Shown: positions 28,101-36,511 of the stretch, piece by piece | How the letters are laid out: each line of letters opens with the position of its first letter | Position numbering within the stretch: the first letter of the stretch is position 1 | Assembly: GCA_036280905.1 (NCBI GenBank) | Contig: DASUPX010000144.1 | Coordinates: 1-37,896, forward strand | Direction of reading: 5' to 3' | DNA length: 37,896 nt | From: Rubrobacter sp. | Lineage (GTDB): Bacteria; Actinomycetota; Rubrobacteria; Rubrobacterales; Rubrobacteraceae | Translations under genes and position numbers: made by a program | Notes under the pieces: generated by a model | The model's input: the letters and a program-made list of their open reading frames with translations, nothing else | What the model was told of the DNA's origin: nothing | Databases searched by the model: none

Positions 28101-28679
28101 GGAGCTTATGGTGGAGTCGTTGATCTTCAGGTTGCCGCCGGCGTTGAAGATGCCGCCACCTCTGTTGTCTGGAAACTCGCTGGTGGAGCTACCGCCCGAG
28201 ATGGTGATCCCGGAGATGGAGACCACGCTGCCCTCCCCAACCGTGAAGATGCGAAAGGCACCAGCAGTGCTATCACGCTTGACGGTGAGCTGATCGGTCC
28301 CCGGTCCCTCTATCCGCACGTTGCCGGAAAGTGTAGGCAACGCGCTCGTAAGGTTCACCGCGCCGGTGACGCTCAAGACGATGCGGTCGGGATCGGTGCT
28401 CGAGCCCGGCGCACACTCCCGGGTGGCATCCCCAGAACTCCTATCCGTGTTGGCAGAGGTAATGGCCTCCCTGAGCGTGCAGTCTCCGTCCTCCGGATTG
28501 ATCTCGTCTTTGACGCTGTCGACGGTGATAGTGTTGGTGGTGCCTTCCTGAGCCCGGGCGGGACTCGCCACCCCGGCAATCACGGTGAGCGTCATCGCCA
28601 GCAGTGCCAGGGCTACCAGTGTCTTGTTGAGCACGCCGGAACGTTTCTCAGCTCCTACCAGGTTCTCGTACATGCACAT
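25119..28679 (-). CDS. Large secreted surface protein: two CSLREA/beta-helix/choice-of-anchor-Q-like modules, Ig-like repeats and RTX-type repeats
   Basis: Signal peptide ending ARA-Q, CTLREAI x2, GGGIYN repeats, L.DNGGPTQT...DQRG..RP...CDIGAFE x2, tandem-95-like unit, GGxGxD nonamers, ends NIP. Confidence 0.88.
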   Translation of the reverse strand: MCMYENLVGAEKRSGVLNKTLVALALLAMTLTVIAGVASPARAQEGTTNTITVDSVKDEINPEDGDCTLREAITSANTDRSSGDATRECAPGSSTDPDRIVLSVTGAVNLTSALPTLSGNVRIEGPGTDQLTVKRDSTAGAFRIFTVGEGSVVSISGITISGGSSTSEFPDNRGGGIFNAGGNLKINDSTISSNSAAFGGGIYNTGGPVTLTDSTLSNNQSSYSGGGIFNGGAGTVTIANSTLSDNSASSYGGGITTRGGTVTVTNSTLSGNSTEGLGGGVYNLGGLAVMEYSTITNNRARSGSGSGLASFGDSATHTEMLSTIISANQGTDVDITEGSGDSVDSRGYNLIGDGNATGAFNQTGDKSGVDDPRLGPLADNGGPTQTHTLLSGGPAIDAIPKGTNGCGTTFAEDQRGVSRPQGSGCDIGAFELKFPLTVNSTADTNDGACNGDANGCTLREAIYAANASPGADTITFDLGAGAHTITLGSTLPVVTDDDGLTINGQQNQITISGNNSVRVFYVNSGARLDLNNLTVANGDSGGGSGGGIYNSGTLGITNSTIRDNSAFYGYRYGGGIYNDGKLSVTNSTISGNSADTGGGIANRQGTLGVTNSTISGNSAYVHGGGIYNYQGTLGITDSTVSGNKASINGGGIYNNGTAALGNTIVANSIRGGSCGGSITDAGGNLDTDGSCVDETVTTSQTTTDPLLDPKGLQNNGGPTQTIALMPGSKAVDAAVDANCPSTDQRGVSRPEDGDSDGTPRCDIGAFELDNVAPVAEPDTYSTPEDSTLAGNVLSNDTDDNGDKLTAVLVSGPSNAASFELKADGSFSYTPNTNHNGPDSFTYKADDGTADSNAATVNITLDPVNDRPGFTKGADQTVNEDAGTQSVTGWAKDISPGPPDESGQQVSFDMTNDNKALFTSEGQPRISSDGTLTYTLAKDASGSARITVVLKDDGGTGNGGQDTSAVVTFTITVNPVNDVPTVGVAAGGQCGTGGTGGRINLTVNDVESAPGSLTLSAISSNQNLVPNSGLSVGGSGASRTLTVSAVTNRSGTATITVRAGDDQDSGTVTVTVRVGSDSTDTLGGTPGADIIFGKNGANTTAGQGGNDLLCGGNGPDVMSGGAGDDTLDGANGNDALRGNAGRDILRGSAGDDKLTGGTEADNFDGGSGTDTATDFNAAQGDAATNIP

Positions 28680-28817
28680 CCCTCTCTCCTACGATCAGCG
28701 TTGTTGGAGCCAGTCGGCTCCGCCTGACTGTCTTTGCCTGCTTGCATGGTCTCTTGATCCCGAAGATCAGCGCAGCCTATGTACAGCAATTGTCCAGTAG
28801 CGCGGTATGAACCGGCT

Positions 28818-28859
28818 AACAGGATCTCGCGCTTTTGGAACAGAATCCCGCGCATTTTG
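28818..28859. promoter_or_regulatory. Tandem 21-nt direct repeat, candidate AraC-family operator
   Basis: AACAGGATCTCGCGCTTTTGG / AACAGAATCCCGCGCATTTTG (17/21), between the araC stop and the surface-protein gene. Confidence 0.6.
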
Positions 28860-28873
28860 AGGAACGGAGGATG

Positions 28874-29806
28874 CTAGCGCGTGCTCTCCCGGCGCAGGGT
28901 ACTGGGGGGCACGCCGAGCAGGCGCCTGACATGGTGGGCGAGGTGGCTAGAGTTCGAGAAACCAACGGCCTGGGCGACCTCCGTGACGGTGAGGTTGGTC
29001 TCCGTGAGCAGGCTCCTGGCCCGCTCTACGCGCCGTTGGATAACGTACTGGTGTGGCGTGAGCCCGATGGCCGCCCTGAACGAGCGGCCGAAGTGGTCGG
29101 GGCTCATGTGCGCCACCCCGGCTATCTCCTGAAGCGTCAGTTTTGTCTGGAGGTTGTCGTTCATGTAATCGGTGGCCTGTTGGAGCGCGTGCCTCGAGAA
29201 GCCGCCTTCGCTCCCGACCTTGCGCCTTGGGCCACGTCCTAGCGACGAGTGGTTACGCAGGAGGTGCAGCGCCAGCAAGGTCGCCAGCGACTCGGCGTAG
29301 AGCTCGCCGCCGAGGCCCCGCGTCTCCATCTCCGAGAGCAACGCGAGCCCGATGCGCTCTATCTGCGGCTCGGGTGCGCTGAAGAGCGGGACAACCTCCA
29401 GGCCTCCTGGTTCGACCCCGGTCTCGTTAGCCACCCGACGGATGAAGCCGTCTTCGAGGAGCATGCTCATGTCCTCGGAGGCGGCGTCCGTGCGCCAGTA
29501 GCCCGGCAGTCCCGTCGGGGTGATGGCGGCGTCGTTCGTGCCTACGAGCCCCCCGCGCCTCCTTCCGTCCTGCTGCTGCACCAGCCGGTGCGGGGCGCTC
29601 AAATGCAGGTTCACAACGGGTCCCTTGAAAGGCAGCGTCTCGATCTCGCCAGGGGCGAACTGATGGTGCGCCACCTCTATGGTCCCGAAGACCTCCAGCG
29701 TCCTGGACCGTAGCTTCGGTACCCCGGGTATTCCCACGCCCAGGCCGGCACGCGCGTCGTCCGCCGCTTCCTCATTATGGTCCGATGAACGACCCGCGTC
29801 TGCCAA
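28874..29806 (-). CDS. AraC family transcriptional regulator
   Basis: C-terminal double HTH (LQEIAGVAHMSPDHFGRSF...PHQYV...VAQAVGFSNSSH...GVPP) and LYAESLA. TTG start uncertain. Confidence 0.92.
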   Translation of the reverse strand: MADAGRSSDHNEEAADDARAGLGVGIPGVPKLRSRTLEVFGTIEVAHHQFAPGEIETLPFKGPVVNLHLSAPHRLVQQQDGRRRGGLVGTNDAAITPTGLPGYWRTDAASEDMSMLLEDGFIRRVANETGVEPGGLEVVPLFSAPEPQIERIGLALLSEMETRGLGGELYAESLATLLALHLLRNHSSLGRGPRRKVGSEGGFSRHALQQATDYMNDNLQTKLTLQEIAGVAHMSPDHFGRSFRAAIGLTPHQYVIQRRVERARSLLTETNLTVTEVAQAVGFSNSSHLAHHVRRLLGVPPSTLRRESTR

Positions 29807-30029
29807 TCACTCGACCTTTGTGTAGGTCTTGCTAGCGCCTCTATTCGACGAGATGGAAGGAACGCCCCTGGCCTCCGCGCAAACTCGCCGGGCGATGGCA
29901 CGAGCAGGTCCACGATACCGGAGTACAGCGAGACCTCTGGAACGCATCACTCCACACCTTCGCGTGGGCTGCCTCCTCTACATCGCTCCCATAATGCTAG
30001 CAGCATATGCGCGGCGCATGGGCGGTGCA

Positions 30030-30045
30030 TCCCCCAAATGAAGTA
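30030..30045 (-). promoter_or_regulatory. Candidate NarL/LuxR-type 7-2-7 box upstream of a TGn-TAGCAT -10 (29994-29999)
   Basis: TACTTCA-TT-TGGGGGA, an imperfect match to the TACYNMT inverted heptamer layout. Confidence 0.35.
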
Positions 30046-30108
30046 TCTTTGGGGACCGCCCTGCGTGCGGTTCGAGCACTGCCCGAAGCATGGCAAGCTC
30101 GCCGCGAT

Positions 30109-30134
30109 GGATCCCCGCTTTTGCGGGGATGACG
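30109..30134. repeat. REP-like palindrome (CGTC/GTCA-type)
   Basis: GG-ATCCCCGC-TTTT-GCGGGGAT-GACG. Confidence 0.55.
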
Positions 30135-30213
30135 TGTAAGGGAGCCGGTGATCCTAATGGACCGGGCGTGTCTTCGTCAGAACCGTGCTAGCTATGCATA
30201 TGGCACCCGGGGC

Positions 30214-30684
30214 CTACAGACGGAACGGGCCTGGTATGGCCCCCAGCTTGGGCATCACCACGCGGGCGATGGTGGCGAAGGGGGAGGGCTTGCGTGCCTG
30301 CGCGACGCCCACATCGGCACGGATGCTCAGGAGGATGAAAGCGTCTTCGAGGCTCAGGCCCCACTCGCCGGCCAGGAGGTAGGACGCCTTGCGGCAGGCC
30401 TTGCGCATGGCGTCCGGGCAATCCGTGGCCGTGCCGTGGGAGATCCAGGCGCCCTCAGTCTCGCGCACGGGCCAGTACCCCTGCTTGCCCTTCAGCAGGT
30501 CGAATCAGACCGTTACCTCGCCCGCGAACTCCACGCTCGTGCCGCAGATCTCGCCATCGTTCATGCTCGCGTGCCTGTCCCCGACACCGAACATCCCGCC
30601 GGAACAACGCACGGGGAAGTAGATCCTGGTCCCGATCCCGTGCAGGTGGTCGTCGAGGCTACCGCCGTGCTGGCCTGGCATCAT
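30214..30684 (-). pseudogene. Acetamidase/formamidase family pseudogene (C-terminal half)
   Basis: MPGQHGGSLD...IYFPV...GDRHASMNDGEICGTSVE, an in-frame TGA at 30507-30505, then in-frame continuation to LSLEDAFILLS...ARVVMPK. N-terminal half missing. Confidence 0.8.
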
Positions 30685-30817
30685 TATCGGCGCCGTAAAG
30701 GCGAAGGGTTTCAGGGAGAAGCCTACCGTTATATAGGAACTGTAGCGCGATCAGCGGTCGGGCTTCTGCTCCTGCCGAGGCCCGCGACCGCTGACGGCTG
30801 CTCGCGAACTGCTTCGA

Positions 30818-31036
30818 CTACCTGGCAGCCCTGAACTCCAAGTGCTTGAGCCTGAACTCGTGTCCCGTAAAGATGAGCGCCTGCTCGATACCCATGCCTG
30901 TCTGGCGCAGCCGCTCGTACTCGGACGCGAACGCCATGGTGTTGATGTCGTCTTCTAGCAGGGCCAGGGCCTCCCGGTCTGTCGTTGGTGCCGGTACGGT
31001 TTCCGTGCACCTCGTCTTCGGGTTGTACCAGTACAT
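30818..31036 (-). CDS. Small hypothetical protein (72 aa, MYWYNPKTR...)
   Basis: ATG 31036 follows AAGGAGGA. Own TGn-TAGTAT -10 upstream. Typical codon usage. Confidence 0.75.
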   Translation of the reverse strand: MYWYNPKTRCTETVPAPTTDREALALLEDDINTMAFASEYERLRQTGMGIEQALIFTGHEFRLKHLEFRAAR

Positions 31037-31062
31037 GCGTCCTCCTTCTTCCCACAAGCATG

Positions 31063-31127
31063 ATACTAGCAATCAACCCTCCTCCGAAGGTTAAAGGACG
31101 AAAAATTCTCGGTTAACAAAGGGTTAA
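31063..31127 (-). promoter_or_regulatory. Promoter with phased TTAACC direct repeats (OmpR/PhoB-type site)
   Basis: GGTTAA at 31089, 31111 and 31122 (spacings 22 and 11 nt). Extended -10 TGC-TAGTAT with the hexamer at 31068-31063. Confidence 0.55.
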
Positions 31128-31380
31128 GGCAAACGAGAGACAGACGGCCCGTCCGGTAAAGTCCGCGGCATCCGGTCCTCGCAACCGTGGCGCGGGAGAT
31201 CTCTGGCGGCTTCGCCGCAATGATCACGCCGGGTAGCCTCCGGGGAATACCGTTCTGGACCCTAGCCGCCCCGGAGCCAACGCCGGCACCATCCTGGCGT
31301 CCGCTTTCGCGTGACGGGGTGTCACGGCGGGGGCCCGCGCGGTGTCTTCTTGGTACAGGTACCCCCTGATCGAGGAGGCG

Positions 31381-31770
31381 ATGGTGAATCTCGCGTTGTG
31401 GATCGTTGCCGGACTGCTAGCCGCTGTCTTCCTGTTGGCCGGCTCCACCAAATTGTTCTTTGCCCGGGAGAGGCTAGCCAGGGCCCCCGGTGGGGGATGG
31501 GCCCTGGACTTCAGCGCCGGCTTCGTCAAGGCCCTCGGGACGGTCGAGGTCCTGGGAGCCGTTGGCCTGCTCCTGCCCGCCCTGCTCGATATCGCGCCGG
31601 TACTTGTGCCCCTGGCCGCCCTCGGGCTGGGCCTCATCATGATCGGCGCGGCTACCGTGGAGTTCCGCCGCAAGGAGTTCGGGCACGTGCTGGTGAACCT
31701 GACATACCTAGCCCTGATCGCCTTCTTGGCGTGGGGCCGGTTCTTTGGGCCCTCCTCCTTCATCGGCTGA
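31381..31770 (+). CDS. DoxX family membrane protein
   Basis: GAGGAGG RBS. LWIVAGLLAAVFLLAGSTK...GTVEVLGAVGLLLP...MIGA; four TM segments. Confidence 0.9.
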   Translation: MVNLALWIVAGLLAAVFLLAGSTKLFFARERLARAPGGGWALDFSAGFVKALGTVEVLGAVGLLLPALLDIAPVLVPLAALGLGLIMIGAATVEFRRKEFGHVLVNLTYLALIAFLAWGRFFGPSSFIG

Positions 31771-31806
31771 CCGCACGCAAAGCGATTCGGACCATCCGCG
31801 AAACCC

Positions 31807-32715
31807 CTAGATTGCCTCTTCCGGAGGTTCGACGCGCGCGCCTGCGAGGTCCACGTCGAGGACCCATGCTTTCGTTTCCACGGCTTGTTTTTCAAACGCC
31901 GTCTGCATGGCCGAACCTATCTTTGCGGCCCTGTTCTCGGGCGCGAAGGCGAGAACGGTTGGACCCGAGCCGGAGAGGCACGCGCCGTGGGCGCCTTCTG
32001 CCAGGGCGGCCTCGATCACCTCTTCCAGGCCGGGGATAAGGTGGGCGCGGTAGGGTTGGTGGAGCCGGTCCTGCATGGCCACGCGCAGGAGACCGTATTC
32101 GCCGGTGGCGAGGGCGCCGAGAAGCAGGCCGGAGCGGCCGACGTTGAAGACCGCGTCGCGGTGGGAGACGGACTCGGGCAGGGCGCTGCGGGCCGCCGTG
32201 GTCGAGACGGCGAAGTCGGGGACTGCGACGACCACCTTCAGGTCTTTCGGGTCAAGGCGGACGGCGCTGACGCCGGCGGGGGTGAGGGTTCCGATCACGA
32301 GCCCGCCGAGGAGGGCTGGGGCGGCGTTATCGGGGTGGCCGTCCAGCTCGCAGACTATGTTGAGCAGGTCGGGGGGGGCGATCTGACCCCCGAACAGCTC
32401 GTTTGCCGCGACGGCCCCGCCAACGAGCGCGGCCGCGCTTCCGCCGAGCCCCCTGGTAGGGGGGATGTGGTTCTCCTGCACGAGCCTGAAGTGGGCGTCG
32501 GACTCGCCGACGATCTCGGCCACGAACCGCGCCGCCCTGTAGGCCGGGTGCGCCGGCCCGCGCGGTATGAGGCTGGCGCCCGTGCCCCTTATCTCTATCT
32601 CGGGGGAAGGGGATCTCTCCAACCCGACCCGCATGCTCAGGGAGAGCGCGAGCCCCACCGCGTCGTAGGCGGGTCCGAGGTTCGCGGACGTGGCCGGGAC
32701 GCGGACGGAGATCAC
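31807..32715 (-). CDS. thrB: Homoserine kinase
   Basis: VPATSANLGP, IPPTRGLGGSAAA, GHPDNAAP, DRLHQPYR, LSGSGPT. Confidence 0.95.
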   Translation of the reverse strand: MISVRVPATSANLGPAYDAVGLALSLSMRVGLERSPSPEIEIRGTGASLIPRGPAHPAYRAARFVAEIVGESDAHFRLVQENHIPPTRGLGGSAAALVGGAVAANELFGGQIAPPDLLNIVCELDGHPDNAAPALLGGLVIGTLTPAGVSAVRLDPKDLKVVVAVPDFAVSTTAARSALPESVSHRDAVFNVGRSGLLLGALATGEYGLLRVAMQDRLHQPYRAHLIPGLEEVIEAALAEGAHGACLSGSGPTVLAFAPENRAAKIGSAMQTAFEKQAVETKAWVLDVDLAGARVEPPEEAI

Positions 32716-32720
32716 CGCCC

Positions 32721-33800
32721 TTACCTCTCCATGACGCTTGTTACGGCCTCGAACGTGGCGGGGACGGGATCGGGGAGCCGCACGCGGCCCAGCACGATGT
32801 CAGGGTCCTTGAGCCCGTGGCCGGTCAGGACGCTCACGACCGTGCCATCGGGGGCCCTGCCCTCGCCGGCCAGCTTGAGGAGCCCGGCCACGCCCGCCGC
32901 CGAGGCCGGTTCGCAGAAGACCCCCTCTTCCCGGGCAAGAAGGTCCTGGGCGTCCAGGATCTCCGCGTCCGTGACGCTCTCGATGGCGCCGCCGGAGTCG
33001 CGCGCCGCGGCGAGGGCGCCCTCCTTGCTGGCCGGCGACCCTATCCTGATGGCGCTCGCAACCGTCTCGGGGTTCTCGAAGTCGTGGCCGGCCACAAGCG
33101 GCGAGGCGCCCTCGGCCTGGAACCCGAGCATGCGTGGGACCGATTCGGTGTGCCCGGCCTCCCGCCACTCGCGGAAACCCTTCCAGTAGCTGGTGATGTT
33201 CCCCGCGTTGCCCACAGGCAGGGCAAGCGCATCGGGGGAACCGCCGAGAGCCTCGGCTACCTCGAAGGCCGCCGTCTTCTGGCCCTCGATCCGGTCCGGG
33301 TTGACCGAGTTGACCAGCGTCACGTCGCCGAGCTCCTCGGCGATCCTCTGCGAGAGCCGCAGGGCCGCGTCGAAGTTGCCGTCGATCTGGACTATTCTGG
33401 CCCCGTGTGCGAGGACCTGAACGGCCTTCCCGAGCGCGATCTTGCCTGCCGGCACGACCACGAAGCACTCCACACCGGCCCTTGCGGCGTAGGCCGCAGC
33501 CGAGGCCGCCGTGTTGCCCGTCGAGGCGCAAACACAGGCCCGACTCCCCTCGGCGACGGCCCGGCTCATGGCCACCGTCATGCCTCGGTCCTTGAATGAG
33601 GCCGTCGGGTTCATCCCCTCGAACTTCAAGAACAGCCGCGCCCCCACGCGCTCCGAGATAGTAGTAGCCTCGACAAGCGGCGTCCCACCCTCCCCGATGC
33701 TGGCGATGGCCCCATCGGGTATCTCGGGCAACCACCCCCGATACCTCCCGATAACACCCTGCCGCACAACCCGCGCCCCGACGCCCAATACGAACCTCAT
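32721..33800 (-). CDS. thrC: Threonine synthase
   Basis: EGGTPL, NPTASFKDRG, CASTGNT, PVGNAGN, EPASAA, LTGHGLKDP. Exact start uncertain. Confidence 0.94.
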   Translation of the reverse strand: MRFVLGVGARVVRQGVIGRYRGWLPEIPDGAIASIGEGGTPLVEATTISERVGARLFLKFEGMNPTASFKDRGMTVAMSRAVAEGSRACVCASTGNTAASAAAYAARAGVECFVVVPAGKIALGKAVQVLAHGARIVQIDGNFDAALRLSQRIAEELGDVTLVNSVNPDRIEGQKTAAFEVAEALGGSPDALALPVGNAGNITSYWKGFREWREAGHTESVPRMLGFQAEGASPLVAGHDFENPETVASAIRIGSPASKEGALAAARDSGGAIESVTDAEILDAQDLLAREEGVFCEPASAAGVAGLLKLAGEGRAPDGTVVSVLTGHGLKDPDIVLGRVRLPDPVPATFEAVTSVMER

Positions 33801-33904
33801 CTCTCCGTAACCCGTGCCGGCCCCTGCTTCCAGGCCGAAAGAACAAACCTATCACGCAAAAGCGCAGCCTTTCAACAACAGGACGATTCTAGTAGGCTGT
33901 AAAG

Positions 33905-33979
33905 AGCTATCAGCCTTCAGCGATCAGCGGTCAGCCAGAGATCAACAAGCTGAAAGCTGACGGCTGAAAGCTGACAGCT
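33905..33979. repeat. Inverted heptamer arrays (NNTCAGC)4 ... (GCTGANN)4
   Basis: agc-tatcagc-cttcagc-gatcagc-ggtcagc, a spacer, then gctgaaa-gctgacg-gctgaaa-gctgaca-gct. Confidence 0.8.
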
Positions 33980-33996
33980 ATGCACCTAGGAGCGCT

Positions 33997-35076
33997 TTGC
34001 ACAGAGAGAAACCCACGATCCTCGTAACCGGCGGGGCCGGGTTCATCGGGGGGAATTTCGTCCTGGAGTCGGTGGCCTCGGGTGGGTTCGAGATCGTGAA
34101 CCTGGATGCTCTGACCTACGCGGGTAACCCCCAGACGCTCGCGTCTGTTGCCGATAGCCCGGACCACGTCTTCGTGCGGGGTAGGATCGGGGACCGGGAG
34201 CTGGTTGACCGTCTGCTCGTGGAGTACCGGCCGACGGCGATCGTGAACTTCGCCGCGGAGACGCACGTGGACCGTTCCATCGACGGGCCAGGAGCGTTCA
34301 TACAAACGAACGTGGTCGAGACGCACGAGTTGTTGGAGGCCGCGCTGGCTTACTGTGGCACGCTGGAGGGAGAGGAGCACGCCGCGTTCCGCTTCCTTCA
34401 CGTCTCCACGGACGAGGTGTACGGAACGCTCGGGCCGACGGGCTACTTCACCGAGGAGAGCCCCTTCCGGCCGAACTCGCCCTACGCGGCCTCCAAGGCG
34501 GCCTCAGACCATCTGGTCCGGGCCTACCATCATACTTATGGCCTGCCCACCCTGACCACCAACTGCTCCAACAACTACGGGCCCTACCATTTCCCGGAGA
34601 AGCTGATCCCGCTCATGATCATGACCGCCCTGCGCGGCGGGTCCCTGCCGGTCTACGGCGACGGGCAGCAGATCAGGGACTGGCTCTTCGTGGAGGACCA
34701 CTGCAAGGCTATCCGCACGGTGCTCGAGCGTTGCGTGCCAGGCGAGACGTACAACGTGGGCGGGCACAACGAGCGGACGAACCTGGAGGTCGTCAGGACC
34801 GTCTGCGCCCTGCTCGACGAGCTGGCCCCCGACTCGCCGCACGCGCCGCACGAGTCGCTCATCACCTTCGTAACCGACAGGCCGGGCCACGACAGACGCT
34901 ACGCCATAGACGCCGGCAAGATAGAGAGGGACCTTGGCTGGGTCCCGAGAGAGACGCTGGAGAGTGGCCTTAGAAAGACGGTCGAGTGGTATCTGGAGAA
35001 CGGGGAGTGGTGCGCGGCCGTTCTCTCGCGGGGCTACGGTGGGGAGCGGCTGGGCATCCGTGGGGGGACGGCGTGA
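33997..35076 (+). CDS. rfbB: dTDP-glucose 4,6-dehydratase
   Basis: [47 protein letters not shown] start follows AGGAG. Confidence 0.96.
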   Translation: MHREKPTILVTGGAGFIGGNFVLESVASGGFEIVNLDALTYAGNPQTLASVADSPDHVFVRGRIGDRELVDRLLVEYRPTAIVNFAAETHVDRSIDGPGAFIQTNVVETHELLEAALAYCGTLEGEEHAAFRFLHVSTDEVYGTLGPTGYFTEESPFRPNSPYAASKAASDHLVRAYHHTYGLPTLTTNCSNNYGPYHFPEKLIPLMIMTALRGGSLPVYGDGQQIRDWLFVEDHCKAIRTVLERCVPGETYNVGGHNERTNLEVVRTVCALLDELAPDSPHAPHESLITFVTDRPGHDRRYAIDAGKIERDLGWVPRETLESGLRKTVEWYLENGEWCAAVLSRGYGGERLGIRGGTA

Positions 35077-35954
35077 AGGGCATCGTGCTCGCCGGGGGGT
35101 CTGGGACACGCCTCTACCCGCTCACCAGGGCGGTCAGCAAGCAGTTGCTGCCCGTCTACGACAAGCCCATGATCTACTACCCCCTGACCACGCTCATGCT
35201 AGCCGGCATCAGGGAGATACTCGTGATCTCGACCCCCGACGACCTGCCGCGCTTCGAGCAACTGCTTGGCGACGGGTCCGGGTGGGGCGTGAGCTTCGAG
35301 TACGCCGTGCAGCCCGAGCCGGAGGGGCTTGCCCAGGCCTTCGTTATCGGGAGGGATTTCGTTGGCTCCGACGACGTCTCGCTCGTGCTCGGTGACAACA
35401 TCTTCTTCGGGCAGGGCTTCTCCGGGCTCCTCGAACGGTCGGCCGCCAGGGGCGAGGGTGCCACAGTCTTCGGGTACTACGTCCGTGATCCCCAGCGCTA
35501 CGGGGTGGTCGAGTTCGACGGCGATGGCACGGTGCTCAGCATCGAGGAAAAACCGGAGCGGCCCCGGTCGCACTACGCCGTGACGGGGCTCTACTTCTAC
35601 GACAACAGGGTGCTCGACGTGGCCGCAGGCCTCCGGCCATCGCCGCGGGGGGAGCTGGAGATAACGGACGTCAACGTGGACTATCTGGAGCGCGGGGAGT
35701 TGCAGGTCGAGCTCATGGGACGGGGGATGGCCTGGCTCGACGCCGGCACGCACGAGTCTTTGCACCAGTCGGCCAACTTCATCGAGACCATCGAGCAGCG
35801 GCAGGGCCTCAAGGTGGGCTGCCCCGAGGAGATCTCCTACCGCAGGGGCTACATCGACGCCGAACAGCTCGAGCGCCTCGCCCACCCTATGAGGAAGAAC
35901 GACTACGGCCGTTACCTCCTCGAGCTGCTCGGCAGCGAGGATTTCGTGAGGTGA
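35073..35954 (+). CDS. rfbA: Glucose-1-phosphate thymidylyltransferase
   Basis: [47 protein letters not shown] overlap with rfbB. Confidence 0.96.
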   Translation: MKGIVLAGGSGTRLYPLTRAVSKQLLPVYDKPMIYYPLTTLMLAGIREILVISTPDDLPRFEQLLGDGSGWGVSFEYAVQPEPEGLAQAFVIGRDFVGSDDVSLVLGDNIFFGQGFSGLLERSAARGEGATVFGYYVRDPQRYGVVEFDGDGTVLSIEEKPERPRSHYAVTGLYFYDNRVLDVAAGLRPSPRGELEITDVNVDYLERGELQVELMGRGMAWLDAGTHESLHQSANFIETIEQRQGLKVGCPEEISYRRGYIDAEQLERLAHPMRKNDYGRYLLELLGSEDFVR

Positions 35955-36511
35955 ACGTTATCGAGACGGGGCTTCCAGGGGTCCTGATCGTCGAGCCCGA
36001 CGTGTTCGGCGACGCCCGCGGTTTCTTTATGGAGAGCTGGAACGGGGCCCGCTACGAAGAGCACGGCATCCCCAACACCTTCGTGCAGGATAACCTCTCT
36101 TTCTCAGCCCACGGCGTGCTGCGCGGGCTACACTTCCAGAACCCCCGCGCCCAGGGCAAGCTCGTCTCGGTGCTCGAGGGCGAGGTCTTCGACGTGGCCG
36201 TGGACATCAGGGTCGGCTCTCCCACTTTCGGCCGGTGGACCGGCGTTACCCTCTCGGCCGAGAACAGGCGCCAGTTCTGGGTGCCCCCCGACTTCGCACA
36301 CGGCTTCGTCGTGACCGGCGAGAGCGCCCTCTTCTCCTACAAATGCACCGAATACTACGCCCCCGAGCATGACGGGTCCATCCTGTGGAACGACCCGCAG
36401 ATAGGGATAGAGTGGCCCTTGCAGAACCCCTCCCTCTCTGGCAAGGACGGCGCCGCCCCCACGCTAGACGACATGCCGGACGGCAGGCTGCCGCGCTACG
36501 AGAAATCATGA
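35951..36511 (+). CDS. rfbC: dTDP-4-dehydrorhamnose 3,5-epimerase
   Basis: [35 protein letters not shown]. Confidence 0.95.
   Translation: MNVIETGLPGVLIVEPDVFGDARGFFMESWNGARYEEHGIPNTFVQDNLSFSAHGVLRGLHFQNPRAQGKLVSVLEGEVFDVAVDIRVGSPTFGRWTGVTLSAENRRQFWVPPDFAHGFVVTGESALFSYKCTEYYAPEHDGSILWNDPQIGIEWPLQNPSLSGKDGAAPTLDDMPDGRLPRYEKS

Noticed and set aside
26028-28727. 899-aa plus-strand ORF
   Set aside because: Antisense shadow of the repetitive surface-protein gene. No motifs, and such shadows are expected in high-GC DNA.
30505-30507. In-frame TGA as selenocysteine or programmed readthrough
   Set aside because: Not at a Cys-type catalytic position, and the gene is also truncated with degenerate motifs. 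A simple nonsense mutation is more likely.
31885-33189. 434-aa plus-strand ORF, and similar long ORFs such as 20313..21683, 8742..9953, 10255..11433, 18009..19070 and 32800..33855
   Set aside because: Antisense or alternate-frame shadows of clearly identified genes.
33801-33900. Thr/Ile leader peptide upstream of thrC
   Set aside because: No uORF enriched in Thr or Ile codons was found.
33905-33979. Possible CRISPR array
   Set aside because: The units are 7 nt with no unique spacers, and no cas genes are present.
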